A DNA stretch of 64,000 nucleotides from NCBI GenBank assembly GCA_963823665.1, contig CAWGMQ010000004.1, positions 1,312,001-1,376,000 on the forward strand, given 5' to 3'. Shown piece after piece: positions 9,801 to 20,000 of the stretch. This DNA is from an uncultured Planctomycetota bacterium. Its GTDB lineage: Bacteria; Planctomycetota; Planctomycetia; Isosphaerales; Isosphaeraceae. Each line of letters opens with the position of its first letter. The stretch's first letter is position 1. Under the pieces are notes generated by a model that searched no databases, was not told the DNA's origin, and saw only the letters and a program-made list of their open reading frames with translations. Both the position numbers and the translations under genes were made by a program.

Positions 9801-10949
9801 AACGCGGACGACGGCGTTGAAATCGACTCAAGCGCCACGGGCAACACGATCGGTGGCGGCATCGCCAATGCCATGAACTTGATTTCAGGAAACCTCGCCA
9901 ACGGCATCGGCATCGTCGACGGCGCGGGCTCGATCCTCGTGCAGGGGAATTTTATTGGCACCGACCTTACGGGCACGGTATCTGGCAAGGGGGCCAGCGG
10001 AGCCAATCTCAAAAATGGCAGCGTCGGAATCCAAATCGTGGGGAGCTCGAACAACACGATCGGCGGAGCCGACGTGGCCAATCCCGCCGGAGCCTTGGTT
10101 GGCGACGGCAACTTGATCTCGGGCAACGGCGGGGGCATCACGATCACGCAATTGGCGGGCGAGACGGTTTCCAGCGGCAACTTGATCTTGGGCAACTTCA
10201 TCGGCACCGACGTCACGGGCGAACAACCCCTGCCGAACACCGTTCTTGGCATCGAAATCAACTCCGACAGCAACACGATCGGCGGTGCAACTCCGGCGAC
10301 TCGAAACATCATTTCCGGCAATCTTGGCGACGGCATTACCGTTGTCCAGACCTTGATCGGTGCCCCGCCGGGGATTCCGCCGCACGCTCCAGTGATGAAT
10401 CTGATTCAGAACAATTACATTGGCACCGATGTGTCGGGAAAGAACCGGCTCGGCAACCTGGGCAACGGCGTCAACATCACCGGCGGATCGAGCAATACGG
10501 TCGGCGGCACGACGAGAGCTGCGGCCAACGTGATCTCGAACAACGGCGCGCGGGGCGTGCAGATCATCGGGTCGGCCAGCGCACCGGCGGCGAACAACGT
10601 CGTCGACGGCAACGTGATCGGCACCGACGTGACGTTGACGCAGCTCGAGGGCAACGGCACCGACGGAATCGGGATCATCAATTCTTCCGGCAACGTGATC
10701 GGCTCTGCGGCCAGTGGCGGCAGCACCGGCAATCCGCCCGGCGACACGATTGCTGCGAATACGGGCAACGCCGTTTTCATCCAAGGTTCCCTGGCGACCG
10801 GCAACACCGTAGCCGACAACCACATCGGCCTGGGCGCGCCCAGCCGAATGGCCAGCCTGATTTGCTTCCCAACGGCGGCAGCGGCATTCAGATCGACAGT
10901 GCCGCTGGCAACGTGGTCGGCGGCACGCTCGCCGGGGCTGCCAACTTGA
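3738..10949 (+). CDS. Giant surface protein, segment 3: CARDB-like domain, many carboxypeptidase-regulatory-like (Cna-B-type) repeats, an alpha-helical insert, right-handed beta-helix repeats
   Basis: 2403-aa ORF with 'VTFTVKNEG..WVDSVYLS', repeated 'ISGQV..G.P..GATV...TD.SG.Y.I.GL..GTY', and repeated 'GNLISGN...GNFIGTDVTG'. Confidence 0.85.
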   Translation: MQLGGAPAGGQFGQLAVTGSATLAGTLQAKIVNDYAPSAGDSFQVLSTASQLGSFTTLNLPIAPTAYFQAGVSSTGTSVTALATQTNLTPVSIQSITQTTATVGQSLGVTFTVKNEGTQKTPVSSWVDSVYLSPSSTIGATAVLLGQVTSPGAVAAGASYQETVTASVPALLPGQYFVIVQADSGDVVPDTNRGESTLASSAAISVTVPSLSIGTPLSGTISGGQDLCFEVSPSAGEDVTVVASSSVAGFAAVFESSSGIPSTTTFDQSASNAGQATQAVEFFDPQAGPYFVLLEGQTAAGSGISFTLTAAPAALSLTGLGATSGSNAGQVTVPLFGTFFQTGLQASLVGTNNASQAAVSVFIASRTQAYATFNLSTLALGTYEVQVTAAGQTASLPAAFSVVSGTVGQFQVQLSFSNATATSAGPSEGLITYSNTGDTDLVAPLLHLDSDGQAAMRLDSSDPYSDNPLLLIAASSSGPAGVLRPGEQSEITFEALPTTGSGGALDIGLAQETSSSTTAINYTALEQQIQPAGTTDASFAPILEQIENEAGPTCGGLVTLIAQTATAVGLQGSGQGNGSFYSAPDVFAKIVSNATGQANGEITGQLFLNDNSNPLAGATVSIATADQSQGDTAVTFNDGSFVFPEMPEGTYDLTVSGYLLAAPVQVVVPSSGFVSGLDVTVTPGASISGTLVNEANNEPISGEMVVAQGTGTTNYAAMTNSNGNYTISGLPPDTYTVSAGGDTFAPGSSSAIQLAAQQATTGVDLTLEPAATLQGQLLSDGVAVSQAEVTLVDSSGVSHSTETDSNGQYSITGLVAGTAELSVQAPGFAPASAQVMLTVGDTTTAPNIPLTPGAAISVTVMDSSGNPLANAAVTLSSNGAQVAELSTDASGQVSFPDLAAGTFSLDVLDLNYVTTDDTVSVQTGQTLTQTYALGAAGSIQGEVTNGSGNPLANVPVTLTYSDGTIDTETTGTDGSYSITNLVLGTYAVTVGINPGIDRQDVVLSASALEATENFTLAGASLTGQVDESDGATSVPGATVALVQGGNVLVGVTADDNGDYQFEGVPAGSYSIVATDTSAITAAVSVTVGSGNVQVPALSLGALTLSGVVQDGSANPISGATIVVEPTAVDGASFDQFATSAANGSFSVTGLVPGQYTVLIGQDGFADASQSVNLTASTTLPAVTLVVGHSISGQVTSTDSQPVDGATVSIFNQTTAQFVSAATTDASGNFTVSNLAAGTYDLVAGAANFGSTEVDGLVLGSNPLSQNVQIGSSTIQVSGEVTDPNGQPVFNALVTFVNGKSEDILSTSTLLNGTFSVNQLPAGTFTIQYSVNGHFPAQQTNIVVQNGQATSVPAVVLKVAGADNAIGDINKQVEGALGALAQQTFSNGLITDPRPLASPLQDTTLTYSSNSCDAVIIAAHNFNVAAGDALQLYIHTVSQFQEIYTEAGSVILGAIKTLISTGLKAAAIAAASAEMEAYNATKIAIQAVDTGSGAAGNAADVAALLAAAQTFGPALAELGSVVVELGVAADESHATPLQVYSAVVTGASTIVGLFSVGTKAAAAVELLEHSPFLAALGPFADIVGIGLDLLSFVLNAAIAVNNINTLIPEYQNTLNEYQEQSNELPALLAEYNKAVTDCQNGHQHQPATTPVPPDVQTVSCSQVTLPFVFQVTTNLDALSGPDFEGSLREAILDADESNDPGIVEIDFAHLTNPTIMLQAILPTITRSVYIDGGVGSNCVMLVLDGSDILAGPTNQDEIGNIINVRANDSTVRDIDFVNFITNPLAIEGSNDTVADCYVDVDASGEVAEGNLGVGIGVYGSNNTIGSILPGNGNVVSNSGLTGILVGGGTNNVIEGNIVGLDLAGTIAMGNGNSVPSGQDGSGIAVDSASNTIGGVIPAVRNVISANGQHGIFGGGSESLDGMNFGGNAFANNNLIEGNFIGTDITGTIALGNKSDGILLTNVTNNTIGGTSGTSPTTGLSGAANLISANGASGVEFQGSASTGNQVLGNFIGVDSSGANALGNADDGVEIDSSATGNTIGGGIANAMNLISGNLANGIGIVDGAGSILVQGNFIGTDLTGTVSGKGASGANLKNGSVGIQIVGSSNNTIGGADVANPAGALVGDGNLISGNGGGITITQLAGETVSSGNLILGNFIGTDVTGEQPLPNTVLGIEINSDSNTIGGATPATRNIISGNLGDGITVVQTLIGAPPGIPPHAPVMNLIQNNYIGTDVSGKNRLGNLGNGVNITGGSSNTVGGTTRAAANVISNNGARGVQIIGSASAPAANNVVDGNVIGTDVTLTQLEGNGTDGIGIINSSGNVIGSAASGGSTGNPPGDTIAANTGNAVFIQGSLATGNTVADNHIGLGAPSRMASLICFPTAAAAFRSTVPLATWSAARSPGLPT

Positions 10950-12694
10950 TCGCGGGCAACAACGGCAACGGCGTGGGAATCAGCAACACGCTGGGGACCG
11001 GGGCGTCGAACAACCTCGTCGAAGGCAATGATATCGGTGTTACGGCCGGAATGGTGGCCGCGGGCAACAGCGCCGCCGGTGTGTCGATTCAGGGCGGCAA
11101 CAACAACACGATCGGCGGTGCCAGCGCCGCAGCGCGCAACGTGATCGCCACCAACGCGGGAAACGGCGTCGAGATCTACGGCGCGTCCGCTTCGGGGAAC
11201 CAGATCGAAGGCAACTGGATCGGCTTCACCGGCACGGCGGCCGCCGTTGGCAATACGGGCGATGGCGTGTTCATCAGCAATGCGGTAAACAACACGATTG
11301 GCGGCATCACAGCTGGATCCGGCAACGTGATCTCGGGCAACTCGAACGGCCTCGAGATCCTGAACAATACCAACAACCCCGGCAACGCAAGCGGCAACGT
11401 TCTCCTGGGTAATTTCATCGGCACCGACGCCGCGGGCACGGCGACGACCATCACGACAAAAACGAGCTCTGGAACGATGACGGCGTCGCTCGGGAATCAA
11501 ACGAACGGTGTACTGGATATTGGCGCTCCTCAGATCATGATCGGCATGCCCCTTGCCGGCGGCCCGGGGCCGATCAACCTGGGCGGCAACTCGATCTCGG
11601 GCAACGCCGCGAACGGCATCGACATCGCAGGACAAACCGCGAAGCAGGTCAGCATCCAGGCCAATTTCATCGGCACCGACGTCACGGGCACGATCGCGCT
11701 GGGGAATGCCGCCGATGGGATTTTCTTCGCCGCGACAATTCCCTCGGGCTCGTCGGCCGGTCCGACGAACGCTGGTCCAACGAATAACACGGTTGGCGGC
11801 AGCATCCCGGGCACGGGCAACCTGATCTCGGGCAACCTCGGCAACGGCATCGAGATCAGCGGCAACGGCACGACTCAGGACACGATCCAGGGCAATTCGA
11901 TCGGCACGAACCTTGCCGGCGCGGCGGCCTTGAGCAACCTGGGCTCGGGTGTGCTGCTGGAAGGCGTCTCGGGCAACCTGATTGGCGGCACGACGGGAAC
12001 AAACCCCGACGGAAACTTGAGCGGCGCCGGCAACGTGATCTCGGGCAACGTCGCCAACGGCATCGGCATCACTAGCCTCACTGCCGGTTCCACGACGGCC
12101 ACACCGGATAGCAACGTGATTGAAGGCAATTATATCGGCACCGATGTGACCGGGCAGAAGCCCCTCGGCAACGGGCAGGTCGGCACCTCGAACGTCACCG
12201 GCGCGGGCATCCTTCTGGACGCGGCGACCAACACGACGATCGGGGGAATCACGCCCGCCGCACGCAACGTGGTCTCGGGCAACCGCGGCGGCGGCATCGC
12301 GATCCAGGATGGATCGTTCAGCAGCGTGGTCGAAGGCAACTATGTCGGCACCGACAGCACCGGCAGTTTTACCGACCCTGAGGGGAACCTCACCGACGCT
12401 GATGAGCCTCTCCAACGACATCCGGCTCGGCTTCGGGTCGAGCGCGAGCTATTTCGGCGGCGGCGTGCTGATCATCGATTCGCCCGACAACGTGGTCGGC
12501 TCGCCCAAAGGGGCGAGCCCCGGCGGGGCACTTGCCGGCGGCGGCAACTTGATCGCGGCCATCATGGGGCCGGGGGTGCAGATCGAGGGAAGCGATTCGC
12601 AGGGCAACCTGGTGCAGAACAACTTCATCGGCACGAACGTGACGGGCACCAAGGCGATCGTGGCGCCGGTTGCGAACGTGGTGACCGGCGATGA
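10862..12694 (+). CDS. Giant surface protein, segment 4: beta-helix (GNxISGN) repeats (frameshift ~12410)
   Basis: Continues the 'NTIGG...GNVISGN...GNFIGTD' repeats of segment 3. Confidence 0.75.
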   Translation: MLPNGGSGIQIDSAAGNVVGGTLAGAANLIAGNNGNGVGISNTLGTGASNNLVEGNDIGVTAGMVAAGNSAAGVSIQGGNNNTIGGASAAARNVIATNAGNGVEIYGASASGNQIEGNWIGFTGTAAAVGNTGDGVFISNAVNNTIGGITAGSGNVISGNSNGLEILNNTNNPGNASGNVLLGNFIGTDAAGTATTITTKTSSGTMTASLGNQTNGVLDIGAPQIMIGMPLAGGPGPINLGGNSISGNAANGIDIAGQTAKQVSIQANFIGTDVTGTIALGNAADGIFFAATIPSGSSAGPTNAGPTNNTVGGSIPGTGNLISGNLGNGIEISGNGTTQDTIQGNSIGTNLAGAAALSNLGSGVLLEGVSGNLIGGTTGTNPDGNLSGAGNVISGNVANGIGITSLTAGSTTATPDSNVIEGNYIGTDVTGQKPLGNGQVGTSNVTGAGILLDAATNTTIGGITPAARNVVSGNRGGGIAIQDGSFSSVVEGNYVGTDSTGSFTDPEGNLTDADEPLQRHPARLRVERELFRRRRADHRFARQRGRLAQRGEPRRGTCRRRQLDRGHHGAGGADRGKRFAGQPGAEQLHRHERDGHQGDRGAGCERGDRR

Positions 12695-14081
12695 TGGCAT
12701 CGTCATCGCTGATGCGCCAGATAACCAGATCGGCGGCACGACACCGCAGGAACGGAACCTCATCTCGGGCAACCTCGAGAGCGGTGTTGTCCTGCTGGGA
12801 TCGAAGGCCACGGACAATGTTGTCGAAGGCAACTTCATTGGATCGGACGTGACCGGGACGAAAGCAGTTCCCAATGCAACGAACGGAATTCTTATCAGCG
12901 GCGCGGTGGACAACCTGATCGGCGGGACGAGCGGTGTCACTGGCGGCAGCCCGGCTTCGGGCGCAGCAAACCTCATCTCGGCGAACGGCACGGCGGGCAT
13001 CGCGCTGGCCACGAGCACGATCGACGACAGCACGAGCTCGCCGCAGGGGAACGAGATCGAAGGCAATTTGATCGGCACGGATGTCACCGGCACACAGGCA
13101 TTGTCGGCGACGCAGCCAACCGGCATCGACGTGTCGGCGAGCGTCGGCGCCAACACGATTGGAGGAACGACGGCCGCCGGCAACGTGATCGCGTTCAACT
13201 CAGGCTCGGGCATCGCCCTATCGGGCACGGTCAGCTCGGGCACTTTGAGCGAGACGCCGCAGCAGATCACTATTCTCTCCAATTCGATCTTCGCCAACGG
13301 GCGCCCCGGAATTGACTTTCAGCGCGACATTTACGAAGGGCTCACCGGCACGCTGGGCAATCAGGGCGAGCCGGGGCCGTCGCTCATGGGTTTCGTCTTC
13401 ACCGACACGGGCGGGCTCGAGATCGACGGCACTCTGAAGAGCCTGCCCAACACCACGTTCCTGCTGCAGTTCTTCGCGACGCCGCTTGCGCAGCAATCGA
13501 CGGCTTCGCCGCAAGCGGAGACATTGCTGAACGCGACGCCATTCTTCGTGACCACGAATTCGAGCGGCACTGCCACGTTCGCCGCCACCGATCTGACCGT
13601 CGTGTCCGGCGACGTGGCGTACACCGCGACGGCGACTGATCCGAGCGGCAACACGTCGGATTTCTCCGCGCCCGAGGAGGACGAGCCGCCACAGCCGGAA
13701 TCCGATGCCACTGTCGATTTGAAGCTCGCCGGAAGCGGGCAGCCCAACCCGGTGGCACAAGGCGGCCAGTTGACCTACCAGTTCACGGTGACCAATAACG
13801 GGCCCTACCAGGCGACCGGCGTGCTGTTCAGCGACACTCTGCCGGCGGGGGTCACGCTTGTCTCGACCAGCCCCAGCCAGGGATCAGTCAGCGGCACCAC
13901 GTCGCTCTCCTGGCTCGTCGGCAGCTTGATTTCGAGGGCAGCAGGCAACGCTCGACGTGGTGGTCGCGACGTCGACATTGGGCGCGCTAGAAGACACCGC
14001 TTCGGTGATCGCCAGTCAGCCGCAATCGGTTGCCGGCGACAACCAGGTGACCGTGGATACAACCGTCGGTCCCTCGGCTAA
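12309..14081 (+). CDS. Giant surface protein, segment 5: beta-helix repeats and a DUF11-like domain (frameshift ~13940)
   Basis: 'RNLISGN', 'TATATDPSGNTSDFS', 'LTYQFTVTNNGPYQATGVLFSDTLPAGVTLVS'. Confidence 0.75.
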   Translation: MDRSAAWSKATMSAPTAPAVLPTLRGTSPTLMSLSNDIRLGFGSSASYFGGGVLIIDSPDNVVGSPKGASPGGALAGGGNLIAAIMGPGVQIEGSDSQGNLVQNNFIGTNVTGTKAIVAPVANVVTGDDGIVIADAPDNQIGGTTPQERNLISGNLESGVVLLGSKATDNVVEGNFIGSDVTGTKAVPNATNGILISGAVDNLIGGTSGVTGGSPASGAANLISANGTAGIALATSTIDDSTSSPQGNEIEGNLIGTDVTGTQALSATQPTGIDVSASVGANTIGGTTAAGNVIAFNSGSGIALSGTVSSGTLSETPQQITILSNSIFANGRPGIDFQRDIYEGLTGTLGNQGEPGPSLMGFVFTDTGGLEIDGTLKSLPNTTFLLQFFATPLAQQSTASPQAETLLNATPFFVTTNSSGTATFAATDLTVVSGDVAYTATATDPSGNTSDFSAPEEDEPPQPESDATVDLKLAGSGQPNPVAQGGQLTYQFTVTNNGPYQATGVLFSDTLPAGVTLVSTSPSQGSVSGTTSLSWLVGSLISRAAGNARRGGRDVDIGRARRHRFGDRQSAAIGCRRQPGDRGYNRRSLG

Positions 14082-17000
14082 CCTGGCGGTGACCATAGAG
14101 AGCCCGCCGACCAGTGCGGTTCAGGGCGGCGATTTAACGTATACCGTGAAGGTGACGAACAGCGGGCCGGCATCTGCCACCGGGGTCACGCTGACGGAAG
14201 GGTCTCTGGCCGGGCAGGGAGTGGTCGTCGGAGCGACTGCCAGCCAGGGAACGGTGAATGTGGCTGATCCGCTGGTGGCCGACCTGGGCTCACTCGCGGT
14301 GGGCGCCTCGGCGACGGTCACGATCACCGCCGCGCCCACGAGCCTGGGCACGTTTGCTCCGTCCTTCACGGCGGCTTCCAATCAAGCCGATGTACTGCCG
14401 GCAAACAGCACCGCCACGCTGTCGATTCCGGTGTTGTCTTTTGAGCCGGTGGGCGTTGTCGCCGAGAGCTCGCCGAATATCCTTGTTCCCGCGCCATACG
14501 ACCCGACGGCGCCTCTGCCGGCGATCACGCCCGATGGACAGTTCATCGCGTTTTCCAGCACCGGCAGCGACATCGTGCCCGGGATCGTGGACACGGGGGG
14601 ATACGACAATATTTACGTCCTCGATGGGGCGACCGGCATCACGACGCTCGTGAGCTCAAACGCCGCGGGCACGGCAACCGGCAACGGCAACTCGACCGAT
14701 CCTTCGATCAGCGCCGATGGCCAGTATGTCGCGTTCCTGAGTGACGCCGGCGACCTCGCAAACGGCGTCAGCAACGGAAGCGGCAACACCGGAGGTTCGG
14801 GCATCACGAACCTTTACGTGCGCGACCTGCTGACGAACAAGACGACTCTGGCAAGCGCCACAACGGCTGGCACATTGAGTTTGGCCGGCATTGTCGCGTC
14901 GGCGACGATGAGCCAAAGCGGCCAGTTTGTGGTTGTTGACAGTGATATACCGAAACTTGTGGCTGGTGAGAACGACCCGGCGGGTGTTTCGCAGGTATTC
15001 GTGTACAACGTTCAAACCGGAGCGACTCGCCCGGTCAGCGAGAATGCGGCGGGGACCGGTGCCGGCAATGCGGGGTCCAGCGTGGACGCGATCAGCGGCA
15101 ACAGCCAGTTTGTGCTGTTTGACAGCAGCGCTACCAATCTCGTCTCCGGCCTGAGCACTCCCGACGGGGGCGTGTTTCGACAGGACCTGCTGACCGGCCA
15201 GACCGAGCTTGTCAGCATCAACAGTGAAGGGACAGCCGCCGGCAACGGGACCTTTGCGTCCGGCGAATCGATCAGTGACGATGGCAATCTCATCGCGTTC
15301 CGAAGCGACGCCACCGATCTTGTCGCCGGCACGATCAGCTACACTTCTTCCGCGTCGGAGCTTTCGAACATTTTTGTTCGCAACATGGAGACCGCGACCA
15401 CACAGCTCGTAAGCATCGACCCCACGGGGACGGAAGCGAACAATACGACTGCCGTTGGGGGCACAATGAGCGGCGACGGCACTGAGATCGCATTCTACAG
15501 TGATGCCAGCAATCTGTTACCGAGCAACGGACCGACGATCAACGGCATTCAGTTGTTCGTCCGGAACTTGACGACCGGAACGACGTCGCTGGCAAGCGTC
15601 ACCACGACCGGCAACAGCGATCAGCAAGCGTTCCCTATCAACCCTCCCTTGACCGTTTCCTTGAGCGACGACGGGCGTTACCTGCTCTTCGTCAGTGCAT
15701 CGAACGAGCTCGTGCCGGGCAACTTCCATAACAACAGCGGCCTGATGGTTCTTATCCGCGACTTGCTCGCGGGCACGACGAGCTGCGTTGATGTCGGTCC
15801 CAACGGCAACCCGACCGCAGGAGCGAACGGCGGCGAGATCAGCGGCAACGGGCAGTACGTCGTCTTTGGCACGGGCGCCGGCGGCCTGGTGCAGGATGCC
15901 GGCAACGGCGGACTGTTCGTCCGAAACTTGACATTGGGCCAGACGCAAGCCATCGCGCTCGTGCCAGACTCAGTCAACGTCGAGCCGGTCGGCGGGCCCT
16001 ATTCGGAGATCTTCGATGGCGGGGAGGACCCGACGTACACTCAGAATGTGGCCTTGAGCGCCGACGGAAGCGAGGTCGCCTACGCCAGCTTTGGCACGGA
16101 CCTGACGCCGGACATCTTCGAACCGGCCGACGAAGCGGAAAACGTCTTCGCTACGAATCTGTCGACTGGCGCAACCACGCTGGTCAGCGCGGGACCGAGC
16201 GGAGCGGACGAAACCGGACTTGATCCCTCGATCTCGGCCGACGGCCAGAAGGTCGCTTTCGAGTCAGGCCCCGAGGTCTACGTGCCCAACTTGAGCACCG
16301 GCCTAGTCACCGAGGTGAGCGAGGACGCCGCTGGGACCGGCGACGGCAACGGCGGATCAGAATTGCCGGCGATCAGCGCCAACGGCGAGTTTGTCGCGTT
16401 CCTCAGCGAGGCCACCAACCTCGTGAGCGGCATCACGTCGGGCTACATTGCCGGCGATTACAACGTCTTCGTGCGCAACCTGACAACCGGCGTGACGCAG
16501 CTCGTCAGCGTTGACAGTGCCGGCACGGCGCCCGCAAACAACATCACGCAGACGTTCAACGACGACACATTTCCAGTCCTTCCGCCGCAAATCAGCGCAG
16601 ACGGCAGCCTCGTGTTGTTCTTCAGCGAGGCCACCAATCTTGTCGCCGGCGTGACCGAGACTGTGCCGGTGAACAACGTGTTCGTGCGCGACATGGTTAC
16701 CGGCGTGACACAGCTTGTCAGCGAGACGGACGCGGGGACGGCGGCGGGAGTGAATGACCCAACGCCCCTGGGAGGCGGCCTGGACCCCGGTCTCTTGGCC
16801 CCGCCGGCAATGACGCCCGACGGGCAATTCGTGGTATTCGTGAGCAAGGCAAACAATATCGTGCCCGGAATCAGCGATCCCAGCGGTACGGCCAATGTCT
16901 ACTTGCGCAACTTGCAGACGGGCGTTACTACGCTCGTGAGCGTCGATCCGGCCGGCACAGCCGCGGGCAACGGCGACTCGGGATACAACGACTTTTTTAT

Positions 17001-20000
17001 AGGGGGCGTCGTCCAGAGTGCGCCGGCTGTGAGTCCGGACGGAGAGTTCGTTGCCTTCTGGAGCACAGCGACCAACCTGGTCGCGAACGGGCCTTCCGCG
17101 GGGCTGTATGTCCGCAACATGCAGACCGGTCAGACGACGCTCATCACCGACATTCGCGACTACGACTCCACGCTCGCGTTCAGCAGCAACGATCAGCTCG
17201 TTTTCGCGTCCAGCGGTGCACTGGTTCCCGGTATGCAAGCGGGCGGATCGACTTCCAACGTCTTTGTATATAACGCGCTTTCCGGTGCGCTTCGCCTGGC
17301 GAGCACCACGACCGCGGGGCTCGGCGGCGACGGCGACTCGATCGCGCCCGTGATCAGCTCCGAGGGCAGCACCGTTGTCTTTGTCAGCGGCGCGAGCGAT
17401 CTGGTGCCGGGCGTCACACCGAACTTCGCCAACATCACGCCTAATACATGTCTTTATGTTTACAACAATACGATTTCCAGCGAAGTGGAGCAGTTCGCTT
17501 TCAGCTCGCCGATTTATTCCGTGGTGCAAAACCAAGCGAGCGCGACAATCACCATTCAGCGTCTCTTCGGAAACTCGGGCACGGCGACCGTCACGTTTTC
17601 GACCGCCAACGGCACCGCGACTTCCGGCACGGATTACACCGGCGGGTCGCAAACCGTCACATTCGCCGCGGGCGAGACCTCAGCGACCGTGACGATCCCG
17701 ATCGATAGCGAGAGCGCCTTCACCGGCAACCGGACGGTGGATCTGACGCTCTCGAATCCGTCGGCTGGCGCTGCGCTGGGGACCCAGCCTACTGCCGTAC
17801 TGGACATCGACGGAAACGGCATCTCGGGCCGCGACGACGCGGTGGAGGGGACCGTTTCGAGCGGCGGCAATACGTACGATTACACCGCCGCGCTGAATGG
17901 CGTCCTGACCGTCGGGCTGTTTCCCTGCGGCGGCGACTGGACGCTCACGGTCACCGATGCGCACGGCAATTCGTCGAGCTCAAGCGGCAGCGGATACCAG
18001 GAAGTTGACCTGCTGGCCACGGCGGGGGAAGTCTACACTATCAACGTGTCTTCAGAGAGCGCGGGCGGCACGTTCACCGCGGACGTGATCAACCTCATCA
18101 GTCGCGTCCAAACCGGGGCAGGCGACGTGCTGCAAGTCAGCGGTGGTGGGGATCCGCTGAACATCGGGATCGGAACGAATGACGTTCAAAGTACCGGCAC
18201 CGGCGACCCGCTGGACATGGTGATCTCGTCGCCTCTCTTGCCGGCAGACACGGACTATGCTGCATCGACTCTGAGCCGGAGCAATCTGCTGGGCACTGCG
18301 CCTTTTGTGGGTGTGCAGGCGGTCGACTTCTTGAGCGATGACAGCCTGTTTCTCGATCCTTCGGTGACGTTGCCCGTCACGGTTTCGGGCGTGGCCACCG
18401 TCACCGCAAACACCACGGCAGGCGCATCGGTGACGTTCAACCCGCTGGCGAGCGATGGGTCCATTCCGCTTTCCGTGTCGGCCGTCACGACGCCGGCCGA
18501 CGGCAGTGCCACGATCAATGCCAACGGCACAATCGTGTATACGCCCAAGGCCGGGTTCACTGGAACGGATACGTTTCAGTTTACAGCCGCCGATGCGTTT
18601 GGCGGCAGCGGAACGGCGACGGTCACCGTCACCGTGACGGGGCAGAGCAATCCCGGGCTGCCCACGAGCAGCGTCAATCCACTGCCGGCGACGGAGTCGT
18701 CGGCGTCGTTCACCGTGAGCTGGTCCGGGTCCGACGTTTCGGGTGGTGGCGGCATTGCCAGCTACGACGTTTTCGTCAGTGACGACGGCGCACCGTTCAC
18801 GGCTTTCGAGACAAACACGACCCAGACGTCGGCGACGTTCAACGGCGCCAGCGGCCACACGTACGGCTTCTATAGCGTTGCCACCGACAAGGCAGGCAAG
18901 GTGCAGCCCACGCCGACGGCGGCCCAGGCGACCACCACCGTGGCCGCGTCGAGCGCGTCCGCGCCCACCAGCACGGTGAGTGCCCTGCCTGCGGTGACCT
19001 CGAGCCCGAGCTTCACGGTGAGCTGGAGCGGTTCGCCCGGCGCGGGGGCCAGCAGCATCGTTTCGTATGAAATCTTCTTCTCCGTCGATGGGGATTTATT
19101 CGCGCCCCTGATCCAGAGCACCACCAACACCTCGACGACCTTCACGGGTGAGGCCGGATTCACCTACAGCTTTTTCAGCGTGGCGACCAACAACCTGGGA
19201 CTCGTGCAGCCGACGCCGAGTGGCGCCCAGGCGACGACGACCGTGAGCGGCAGCAACTCGTCCGCGCCGACCAGCACGGTGAATCCCCTGCCGGCTGTCA
19301 CCACCACCGCAAGCTTCATACTGAGCTGGAGCGGCGCACCAGGGGCAGAGGCGAGCAAGATCGTTTCGTACAAGATCTTCTTCTCGGTGAACGGCGGACC
19401 TTTTACACCACTCTTGATCAACGCCACGCTGACCTCGCTTACCTTCACCGGGGTAGCCGGTGATACCTATGGTTTCTTCAGCGTGGCGACCAACAACCTG
19501 GGCCTTGTCCAGCCGACACCGACGACCGCCCAGGCAACCACCACGGTGATCGGCCCGCCGCCGCCGGTGCCTCCGACAATCATCGGTGAAAAGGCGATCT
19601 TCACCCGCAAGACGAACAAGAAGGACAAACCGGTCGGGAGCGCAGTGCTCGCCGGGTTCAGCCTCGAATTCAGCGCGTCGCTCAATCAGGCGACGGCAAC
19701 GAATGCTGCCAATTACGAGCTGGATACGATCACGACCAAGAAAGTGAAAAAGAGGGTCAAGACGATCCTGCACCCGATCACTAGCTTCAAGGTGTCGTAC
19801 AGCGCCACCAGTGACTCGGTGAATTTGACCCTCCTGGGCAAGCAAACGTTCCCGACCGGCGGCCAGCTCACGATCGTTAACCGCGCGCCGGGCGGAGTGG
19901 AGGGTGCTACCGGCGCACTGCTCGCCGGTAAGACAGTCTTTGCGATCGCAAAGAAAGGACGCACGATCACGCCATCGAACGAGAGGGTGACACGGGCCGA

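Noticed and set aside
5145..12421. Long antisense ORFs (e.g. 5145..7301, 9122..10336, 10415..12421)
   Set aside because: These are shadow ORFs of GC-rich repetitive coding sequence on the opposite strand, with no recognisable motifs.
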